NCBI GenBank assembly: GCA_030390025.1 | Contig: CM059433.1 | Span: forward strand, 32,986,001 to 33,050,000 | Source of the DNA: Squalus acanthias | Taxonomy: Eukaryota | Direction: 5' to 3' | Length of the DNA: 64,000 bases | Shown here: positions 47,471-57,466 of the stretch, in pieces | Numbering within the stretch: position 1 is the stretch's first letter | How the letters are laid out: the number at the start of each line of letters is the position of its first letter | Made by a program: the position numbers and the translations under genes | The notes under the pieces: model-generated | The model's database searches: none | What the model was told of the DNA's origin: nothing | Seen by the model: the letters and a program-made list of their open reading frames with translations, nothing else

Positions 47471-49061
47471 CACAGGATCAATCATAGAATGAATAACATG
47501 ATCAAGCATGAAATCACTCAGAGGATCAATCATAGAATCATTCACATGATCAATCACATGAATTGTCATAAAATCAATCACATGATCAACCTTAGAATCA
47601 ATCACATGAACAGTCATAGAATCAATCACATGATCAATCACAGGATCACTCATCGAATCAATCACATGATCTGACATTGAATCAATCAAATGATCAATCA
47701 TAGGATCAATCATAGAATCAAACATAGAAACAATTGCCGAATCAATCGCATGATCAATCACAGTATCAATCATAGAATCAATCACATGATCAATCTTACA
47801 ATCCATCACAGGATCAAACACAGGTTCAAACATAGAATCAATCACATGATCAATCATAGAATCATTCACATGATCAATCACAGGATCTATCATAGAATAA
47901 AACACATGATCAATCACAAGATCAATCATAGGACTAATCACAGGATCAATCGCAGGTTTAATCACAGGACCAATCACAGGATCAAACATAGATTCAAGCA
48001 CATGCTGAGTCATGGAATCAATCACAGGATCAATCATATAATCTATCACAGGATCTATCACATGATCAAATATAGAATCAATCATAGAATCAATAAAATG
48101 ATCAATCATAGAATCAATCACATGTTTATTCACATGATCAATCATAGAACCAATTATCGATTCAATCATCGAATCAATCATAGAATCATTCACATGATCA
48201 ATCACAGGATCTATCTTTGAATCAATCTCATGATCAATTATAGAATCAATCACAGGATCAATCATAGAATGAAACACATGTTCTATCATAGAATGAATCA
48301 CATGATCAATCACACGATCAATCATAAAATCAATCACATGATCAATCACAGGATCAATCATAGAATCATTCACCAGATTAATCACAGGATCTATCATAGA
48401 ATCAATCATATGATCAATCACAAGATCAATCATAGAATCAATCACATGATCAATCACAGGATCAATCATAGAATAAATCATATGAGCAATCACAAGATCA
48501 ATCACAAGATCAATCATACAATCAATCACATGATCAATCATAGAACCAATCATGGGATCAATCATAGAATCAATCATAGAATCAATCACAGTGTCTGTCA
48601 TAGAATCAATCAAATGATCAATCACAGGATCAATCATAGAATCAGTCACATGATCAATCACAGGAGCTATCATAGAATCAATCACATAATCAAACGCATG
48701 CTAAATCATAGAGTCAATCACATGATCAATCATACAATCAATCACATGAACAACCACAGGGTCAATCATCGAAGCATTCATTAGATCAATCACAGGATCT
48801 AGCATACAATCAACCACATAATCAATTATAGAATCAATCATAGGATCAAACATAGAATCAATCATAGAATAAATCACAGGATCAATCATAGAATGAATAA
48901 CATGATCAAGCATGAAATCACTCAGAGGATCAATCATAGAATCATTCACATGATCAATCACATGAATTGTCATAAATCAATCACATGATCAACCTTAGAA
49001 TCAATCACATGATCAGTCATAGAATCAATCACATGATCAATCACAGGATCAATCATCGAAT
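47471..49061. repeat. 12-bp satellite, diverged block
   Basis: Same monomer and orientation as the main block. Confidence 0.98.
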
Positions 49062-49226
49062 AGAAACATACATAGAAACATAGAAAATAGGTACAGGAGT
49101 AGACCATTCGGTCCTTCGAGCCTGCACCGCCATTCAATGCGTTCATGGCTGAACATGCTACCTCAGTACCCCATTCCTGCTTTCTCGCCATACCCCTTGA
49201 TCCCCCTAGTTGTGAGTGTTATATCT
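49062..49226 (-). mobile_element. Severely 5'-truncated CR1 LINE 3' end (element B, 165 bp)
   Basis: Minus strand reads the last ORF2 codons DITLTTRGIKGYGEKAGMGY* (cf. KGIRGYGERAG in element C), then a GACCGAATGGTC stem-loop and a TTTCTATG-type tail. AAT is duplicated at 49059-49061 and 49227-49229. Confidence 0.9.
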
Positions 49227-52200
49227 AATCAATCACATGATCTGACATCGAATCAATCAAATGATCAATCATAGGATCAATCATAGAATCAAACATAGAA
49301 ACAATCGTCGAATCAATCGCATGATCAATCACAGTATCAATCATAGAATCAATCACATGATCAATCTTACAATCCATCACAGATCAAACACAGGTTCAAA
49401 CATAGAATCAAGCACATGCTAAATCATAGAAGCAATCACAGGATCAATCATATAATCAATCACTGGATCAATCAGAGGATCAATCATTGAATCAATCTTA
49501 GAATCAATAAAATGATCAATCATAGAGCCAATCACAATATCAATCACAGGATCATTCATAGAATCAATCACATGATCAATCATAGCATAAAAAACATGAT
49601 CAATCACCTGATCAATCATAGAATCAATCACATGATCAATCATAGAATCAATCACAGGATCAATCATAGAATCAATCACAGGATCAAACACAGGATCAAT
49701 CATAGAATCAATAACATGATCAATCACAGGATCAATCATAGAATCAATCACAGGATCAATCGTAGAATCATTCATAGAATCAATATCTTGATCAATCATA
49801 GAAACAATCACATGATCAATCATAGAATCAATCACATTATAAATCACAGGATCAATCACAGAATCATTCACCTGATCAATCACAGGATTTATCATAGAAT
49901 CAATCACATGTTCAATCACAGGTCCATCATAGAATGAATCATATTATCAATCGCAGGATCAATCAAAGGATCAATCATAGAATCAATAACATGATCAATC
50001 ACAGATTTACTCATAGAATCAATCACATTATCAATCATAGGATAAATCACATGATCAATCACTGAATCAATCATAGAATCTATCACAGTATCAATCACAG
50101 ATTCAATCACATCATCTATCATAGAATCAGTCATATTATCAATCTTACAATCCATCACAGGATCATACACAGGAGCAAACATAGAATCAAGCATATGCTA
50201 AATCATAGAATCAATCACCAGATCAATCATATAATCAATCACAGGATCAATCACAGGATCAATCACAGAATGCAGCACGTGATATATCATAGAAATAATC
50301 ACATGATCAATCATAGAATCATTCATAGAATCGCTCATTGTATCATAGAAGCAATCATAGAATCAATCACATGATCAATCATAGAAGCAATCACATGATT
50401 AATCGCAAGATCAATCACCGGATCAATCACAGGATCAATTATATAATCAATCACCTGATCAAACATAGAATCAATCATTGGATCAATCATACAACCATTC
50501 ATAGGATCAATCATAGTATCAATCATAGTATCAATCATAGAAGCAATCATAGAATCAATAACATGATCAATCATAGAATCATTCACATGATCAATCACAG
50601 GATCTCTCATAGAATCAAACACATGATCAATCACAAGATCAATCACAAGATCAATCATAGGACCAATCACTGGATCAATCGCAGGTTTAATCATAGGACC
50701 AATCACAGGATCAAACATAGAATCAAGCACATGCTAAATCATGGAATCAATCACATGATCAATCATAGAATCAATCATAGAATCAATAAAATGATCAATC
50801 ATAGAATCAATCATAGAATGAATCACGTTATCAATCACAGGATCAATCAAAGGATCAATCACAGAATGCAGCACGTGATATAGCATAGAAACAATCACAT
50901 GATCAATCATAGAATCATTCATAGAATCACTCATTGTATCATAGAAGCAATCATAGAATCAATCCATGATCAATCATAGAATCAATCACATGATCAATGA
51001 TAGAAGCAATCACATGATCAATCACAAGATCAATCACCAGATCAATCACAGGATCAATTATATAATCCATCACCTGATCAAACATAGAATCAATCATTGG
51101 ATCAATCATACAACCATTCACAGGATCAATCACAGTATCAATCATAGAAGCAATCATAGAATCAAGAACAAGATCAAGCATAGAATCAAACACATGATCA
51201 ATCATAGAATCATTCACATGATCAATCACAGGATCTATCATAGAATCAAACACATGATCAATCACAAGATCAATCACAAGATCAATCATAGGACCAATCA
51301 CAGGATCAATCGCAGGTTTAATCATAGGACCAATCACAGGATCAAACATAGAATCAAGCACATGCTAAGTCATGGAATCAATCACAGGATCAATCATATA
51401 ATCTATCACAGGATCTGTCACATGATCAATCATAGAATCAATCATAGAATCAATACAATGATCAATCTAAGAATCAATCATAGAATGAATCACGTTATCA
51501 ATCACAGGATCAATCAAAGGATCAATCATAGAATCAATAACATGATCAATCATGTTATCAATTACATGATCAATCACAGGATCAATCATACAATCAATCA
51601 TAGAATCAATCAAATGATCAATCATAGATTTAATCACATGATCAATCACAGGATCAATCATAGAATCAATCACATGATCTGTCATAGAAAGAATCATAGG
51701 ATCAATCATAGAATCAATCACAGGATCAATCACAGAATCAATCACATGATCAATCACAGATTCACTCATAGCATCAATCACATGTTCAATCATAGGATAA
51801 ATCACATGATCAATCATTGAATCAATCTTAGAAACTATCACAGTATCAATCACAGAATCAATCACATCATCTATCATAGAATCAGCCATATTATCAATCT
51901 TACAATCCATCACAGGATTATACACAGGAGCAAACATAGAATCAAGCACATGCTAAATCATAGAATCAATCACCGGATCAATCATATAATCAATCACAGG
52001 ATCAATCACAGGATCAATCATAGAATCAATCACATGATCTGTCACAGAAAGAATCATAGGATCAATCATAGAATCAATCACAGGATCAATCACAGAATCA
52101 ATCACATGATCAATCACAGATTCACTCATAGCATCAATCACATGTTCAATCATAGGATAAATCACATGATCAATCATTGAATCAATCTTAGAAACTATCA

Positions 52201-52673
52201 CAGTATCAATCACAGAATCAATCACATCATCTATCATAGATCTCAGCCATATTATCAATCTTACAATCCATCACAGGATTATACACAGGAGCAAACATAG
52301 AATCAAGCACATGCTAAATCATAGAATCAATCACCGGATCAATCATATAATCAATCACAGGATCAATCACAGGATCAATCATAGAATGCAGCACGTGATA
52401 TATCATAGAAACAATCACATCATCAATCATAGACTCATTCATAGAATCACTCATTGTATCATAGAAGCAATCATAGAATCAATCACATGATCAATCATAG
52501 AAGCAATCACATGATCAATCACAAGATCAATCACAGGATCAATCACAGGATCAATTATATAATCCATCACCTGATCAAACATAGAATCAATCATTGGATC
52601 AATCATACAACCATTCACAGGATCAATCACAGTATCAATCATAGAAGCAATCATAGAATCAATAACATGATCA
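49227..52673. repeat. 12-bp satellite, diverged block (includes ~360-bp tandem duplication 51661/52021)
   Basis: Same monomer and orientation; local duplication is visible. Confidence 0.98.
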
Positions 52674-52864
52674 GGAGGATATTTCAAATGAATACGTGGC
52701 TAGAGGAATGGTGCAAGGGGGAGGGATTCAAATTCCTGGGACATTGGAACCGGTTCTGGGGGAGGTGGGACCAGTACAAACCTGACGGTCTGCACCTGGG
52801 CAGGGCCGGGACCGCTGTCCTAGGGGGAGTGTTTGCTAGTGCTGTTGGGGAGGATTTAAACTAA
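52674..52864 (+). pseudogene. 3' fragment of CR1 ORF1, SGNH/GDSL esterase-like domain
   Basis: MNTWLEEWC...GFKFLGHW...YKPDGLHL contains the DxxH block-V motif typical of CR1 ORF1 esterases; stop TAA at 52862-52864. Confidence 0.85.
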
Positions 52865-53279
52865 TGTGGCAGGGGGTTGGGAAGCTGAGCAGGGAGACAG
52901 AGGAAAGCATGTCAGGAAGGGACAGAAGGTATGGAGTAAAAGGTAAAGTGTTAAATAACGAAAAAGCAGGAAGTAAGTGTCGCAAAACACATTTGAAAGT
53001 TCATTATCTGAATGCACGTAGCATTCGTAACAAAATTGACGAGTTAACGGCACAAATAACTATGTATGGGTATGATCTTGTGGCCATTACAGAAACATGG
53101 CTGCAGGGTGACAACGTCTGGGAATTAAATATGCCAGGGTATTTAACAATCAGGAAGGACAGGCAGGAAGGAAGGGGAGGGGGGGTGGCTATGTTAATAA
53201 AGGAAGGAATCACTGTAATACAGAGAAATGATATTGGGTCAAAAGATCAGGATAATGAAACAGTTTGGGTAGAGATAAG

Positions 53280-53295
53280 GGGCTAAAAATTCAGT
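53280..53295 (+). repeat. Harbinger left terminal inverted repeat
   Basis: GGGCTAAAAATTCAGT, inverted partner of 57451-57466. Confidence 0.9.
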
Positions 53296-53638
53296 CACGC
53301 CCCGTTTGGGGCGCACATATCGTCCGGGCGCAAAAATTAGCGCCTGGCACTAATTATCGCCACTGACTGGAAACTTCATTTTTAACGCCCCTGGAGGTGA
53401 TTGGAGCGCTAAATCAGGCGCTGCACACCTGTCTTAAGGCGCAAAGGCCGAGGAGTGAGGCGCTAACTCAGAGCGCGAGCGCAGCGCAGGTGCTGCCAGT
53501 TAGCGAGGGAACACAGACACACTGGCGCCGGCCAGTTCTTAAAGGGGGGGGGGCGATCTTGCTCCCCAGCCACACCCTGCTCATTGCAGCCTTGAATCTC
53601 GGCCTGGAGAGACCTGTGAATCCATTTTCCAGCCAAGG

Positions 53639-55482
53639 ATGGAGAGGGTGAGAGAACGAGCTCAGTGCTTCACCGAGCGGGCCTTGGATGCTCTGGTTGG
53701 CGCGGTGGAGCGCCGAAGAGCAATACTGTACCCAGAGAGTGGCAGGAGGCCTTTGCCTCGCGAGTACAGAAGAGTGTGGAGGGAGGTGGCTCAGCGCGTC
53801 TCCTCCAGGAGCATGGTGCCCAGGACCCATGTCCAATGCCAGAAAAAGTTCAACGACCTCACTCGGGTCGTCAGGGTGAGTGGCTTTTTTGCAATACCTC
53901 TCCATCCCTCCATCTCAACCTCATTCTATGGCCAGAGGGTCTTAAAACCATAATTAACAACACTCATCCAACACCTATGGCCCTTTCATGAAGCACACAC
54001 ACACATTCCATACTTTGCATACAGTAAGGGCTATTCACCTATGGGAGGCACATCAGGCAAGACCATGGCTGTATACAGTAAGGGCTATTCACCTATGGGA
54101 GGCACATCAGGCAAGACCATGGCTGTATACAGTAAGGGCTATTCATCTATGGGAGGCACATCAGGCAAGACCATGGCTGTATATTTACTCAGACGCCGTC
54201 CTTTTTCTTGCAGGCCAAGCTGGCGCATAATAGGAGACAGCAGCAACGGACGGGTGGAGGGCGGCCTCAGCTGCAACCCCTCAGCGATCTGGAGGAGCGC
54301 GTCCACAGGATTGTGGCAAGCTGGGTGATCGGTCCCGTCGCCACTGGAGACGCCGACCCCGTTCTGGACAGCAATGGTAAGGTCATCACCTTTTTGTCCT
54401 CTGTCCTTCCACTTGTCCCTCACAACACCAGCCTTTGACACTTTCAATCCAACTTACTAACTCGCTGCACTTTTTCCTCCCTTACTGCCACCCTGTCCTC
54501 ACGCTAAAGCCACTCTTGTACCTCCCTGCTTTCAGATGGTGATTCACCAGCTGAGGAGACGGGCCCTGAAGCTGCCAGTGGGAGTGAAGCTGCAGCCGAG
54601 GAGGAAGAGTAAGCCGGAGCATCAGTGCCACCCTCTCCCGAGGAAGCCCATGCCGACACTGGGAACACGCCTTCCCTGGAGGGGAGCAGGGGGGAAGGGT
54701 CTGATGAGGGTGAAGCTCCAGGACCCAGCGGGCTGCAGCAACGCGATGGGGGTAGGGAAGCTCGGGGGCCTTCTCCCCGGAGGGAGAGTATGCCAGCGAG
54801 TCCTGCTGCACTGGACGCAGAGGAGGAGCGGCTGATCGCGGAAATGAACACCCAGGCGGTGGGCATGCACACTGAGCTCATGGCTGCAGTGGGTAGGGTG
54901 CCCGAATGCATTGAAGCACTGGCAAGGAGTGTGGAGCACTTCGCTGCAGCGCAGGCGGATGCGACACTGAAGCTCAGTGCTGCAATTCAATCTCAGACTG
55001 CTCTCATGCAGACTCAGATTGAGGTCACGCGAGCACTGGCTGCTGCCATCCTCGCTGGTTCGTTCACATTTCCCCGGGGCTCTCACCGCGCCGCAGCAGG
55101 CCAGCAATCTGTGCTCCAGCAGATTGCTCCGGATGCTGAGGTGCTGCCCCGTGGGAGTGCCAGTGTGCCGGTCGAGCAGGGAGTTGCTGTCCTCGCTCAA
55201 GATGACAGCATTCCTGCTGCCACCACTGTCACTTCTCCACTGCAGTTGCCACCGCCTGTAGGACAGACTGCTGCCGCCCATGCAGAGTTGGTGCTGTCTG
55301 CAGCCGGGCCCTCCAGGCCCAGAGCTGGTCGAGGCCGTCCCTCAAGGGCATCTGCATTGTCAGGGCCTGACAGTCAGCAGCCTTCCACCAGCCTTGCTGC
55401 AGCCACTGAGGTCCCATTGCGGAGGAGCAGTAGGGTAAGAAGGGGGGAAGGGCGCACGGGAAGGAGTTCACCCTCGATGTAG
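53639..55482 (+). pseudogene. Harbinger Myb/SANT-like DNA-binding protein gene; exons 53639-53875, 54214-54376, 54536-55482; in-frame TAA at 54610-54612
   Basis: FTERALDALV...WREVAQRV...RTHVQCQKKFNDL trihelix pattern followed by RTGGG. Canonical splice sites GTGAGT (53876), ttcttgcAG (54213), GTAAGG (54377) and ctgctttcAG (54535) have matching phases 0 and 1. ATG lies in a ccaaggATGG context. Confidence 0.82.
54019..54183. repeat. 54-bp minisatellite x3 in intron 1 of the Myb-like gene
   Basis: ATACAGTAAGGGCTATTCACCTATGGGAGGCACATCAGGCAAGACCATGGCTGT at 54019, 54073 and 54127, with one substitution. Confidence 0.97.
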
Positions 55483-55509
55483 GAGGTGTGACAAAATGCT
55501 GGTCATTTT

Positions 55510-55665
55510 TTTATTAAAGGCCGAGGTTTGTGGTCAAACTTTTGTTGAGTGTTTTACACATGATCTCCAGGTTGTGAGAACCAGTTATGGTAATGACTGT
55601 TTTTTTGTGTTTATTTGTATGAGTTTGTCATGAAGAAATGACACACACAGAGTTTGCAAAATAAA
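55510..55665. terminator. Candidate polyadenylation signals for the two convergent Harbinger genes
   Basis: Plus strand ATTAAA at 55513-55518 and AATAAA at 55660-55665; minus strand AATAAA at 55510-55515 and 55610-55615. All lie in the AT-rich gap between the two stop codons. Confidence 0.55.
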
Positions 55666-55793
55666 TAAGTTTTGGTACTCAAAATATACATGTTTGGTGT
55701 TTGGAATCAGTGGTGCCTTGGCTGGCTTAGGGGTTGCGTGTTGGGTTCATTCATGCTGTTCTCAATGGCAGAAGCCATTTCCACAGCAGGGGC

Positions 55794-55892
55794 CTAGAAG
55801 CGGCTTGCTATCAGCCGCTGACGGACGGCCCTTGCAGTTTCACCATTGTGGGCCGCCCTCATGCCTTGGTGCTGCTGCTGATCATCCTCCTC

Positions 55893-55923
<31 letters not shown>

Positions 55924-56939
55924 GGTGGTGCTCCAAGGCCTGGTGGCATTGGCTGGGTCCTGAGGATTGCCATGTTATGCAGCATGCAGCACACAACTAC
56001 GATGCTGGAAACTCGCTCAGGCGAGTACTGCAGGGCTCCTCCAGAATGGTCGAGACAGCGGAACCGTTGCTTGAGCACGGCGATTGTGTGCTCCACGATG
56101 TTCCTGGTAGCTTGATGGCTCTCGTTGTACCGCAGCTCAGCAGGGGTGTTGGGCGTACGGAGCGGTGTCATCAGCCAGGTGCACAGTGGATACCCCTTGT
56201 CCCCAAGAAGCCAACCAACTGGCTGATGCGGTGCCTCGAAAAGTTCTGCCACAGTAGTCTGGCGCAGGATGAAAGCATCGTGGCAGCTGCCAGGATAGTG
56301 GGCATTGACAGCGAGTATCAGCTGTCTGTGGTCACAGACCAACTGAACATTCAAGGAATGGAACCACTTTCTGTTCCGGAAATCCTCGGCATTCTCATGC
56401 GGAGAACGCAAAGCCACATGCGTGCAGTCAATGGCGCCCTGCACCATGGGGAAGCCCGCTATCCTCGCAAAGCCCAGAGCGCGTTCTTGCAGCTTGTCTG
56501 GGGTCATGGGGAAAGAGATGAACTCTCGTCTCCTTTTAAAGAGGGCATTTGTGACCTTCCTGATGCAGCAGTGCACCGCGAACTGGGAGATACTGGCGAT
56601 GTCCCCAACAGCAGATTGAAATGAGCCAGTAGCATAAAAGTTCAGAGCCACTGTGACCTTCACTGCCACCGACAGAGACGTCCTGGACCTCAGCTGAGGC
56701 TGCAGATCTGGCTGCAGCAGGTGGCAGAGCTCAGTGACCACCTCCTTCCTGAAGCGCAGCCTTCGCAGACACTGCTCCTCAGACATATGAATGTAGGAGA
56801 GCTGTTCACGATATACCCTGGGAGGGTAAGCTCTCCTGTACAGACGCCTGTTGGCCCTCCTCCATCTGGCCATCATTGCCACTCTCTCTCTGCGTCTCTG
56901 TGTCCTCCGATTCAGCTGGCGCAGGACGACGCCCCCCAT
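55794..56939 (-). CDS. Harbinger DDE transposase (HARBI1-like, DDE_Tnp_4 family), 381 aa, intact
   Basis: N-terminal HTH region (ALNFYATGSFQ..VGD...ISQ), catalytic motifs GAIDCTHV, GSCHDAFIL, LLGDKGY and RNIVEHTIAVLKQRFRCL, then CCMLHN and an acidic tail. Confidence 0.95.
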
Positions 56940-57055
56940 CAGTGCAGCCCCATATCTCTAAGCAAGCAAAGTTATGAAGGCCAGAAACCAAAGTACCAGC
57001 GAAGTTAGGATGAGTAGCCAAAACTACCTGACACAGCGTTGACTCAATGCAGAAG

Positions 57056-57092
57056 TCTCTCTTTCTCTCTCTCCGAATCTCTCTCTCTCTCT
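57056..57092. repeat. Interrupted (CT)n microsatellite upstream of transposase
   Basis: tctctctttctctctctccgaatctctctctctctct. Confidence 0.8.
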
Positions 57093-57450
57093 CAGAACGA
57101 GTGGTGCAAAAATGTCCACCGCAGAGAAAGACAGGAAGAGGCCCCCTTTAAATAGCGCCCCCCCCCCCAGCCCCACAGCGAATGATAGCGTTCCACTCTA
57201 CCGGTCGTTGGATGCGCCAGGCGGTAAGGATGGGGGCGCCACTGAAATTCTGCTCCGGGGCGCCACAAGGGCGTTGCACTCTCGTATGATGTCACAATCT
57301 GCGCGCGCAAGAGATCGCAGCGATAAAGTTTAGCACCGCGGCTAAATGTCTAGTTAAGTTCCCGAGCGGCGCAAACATCGCTGCGCCCGGGCGCTAGCTG
57401 CTTTGCGCCCCATTAGCGCCCTCTTAAGGCGCTAATGGGAGGCGCAACCA

Positions 57451-57466
57451 ACTGAATTTTTCCCCC
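57451..57466 (-). repeat. Harbinger right terminal inverted repeat
   Basis: ACTGAATTTTTCCCCC followed by TSD AAG. Confidence 0.9.

Larger units (their letters stand above)
53280..57466. mobile_element. Full-length PIF/Harbinger DNA transposon (4,187 bp)
   Basis: TIRs GGGCTAAAAATTCAGT and rc GGGGGAAAAATTCAGT (14/16 match). 3-bp TSD AAG at 53277-53279 and 57467-57469. Convergent Myb/SANT and DDE transposase genes. Confidence 0.95.

Noticed and set aside
55794..56939. Domesticated host HARBI1 gene
   Set aside because: It lies between TIRs with a TSD, next to a Myb partner and inside a LINE, so it is a transposon copy.
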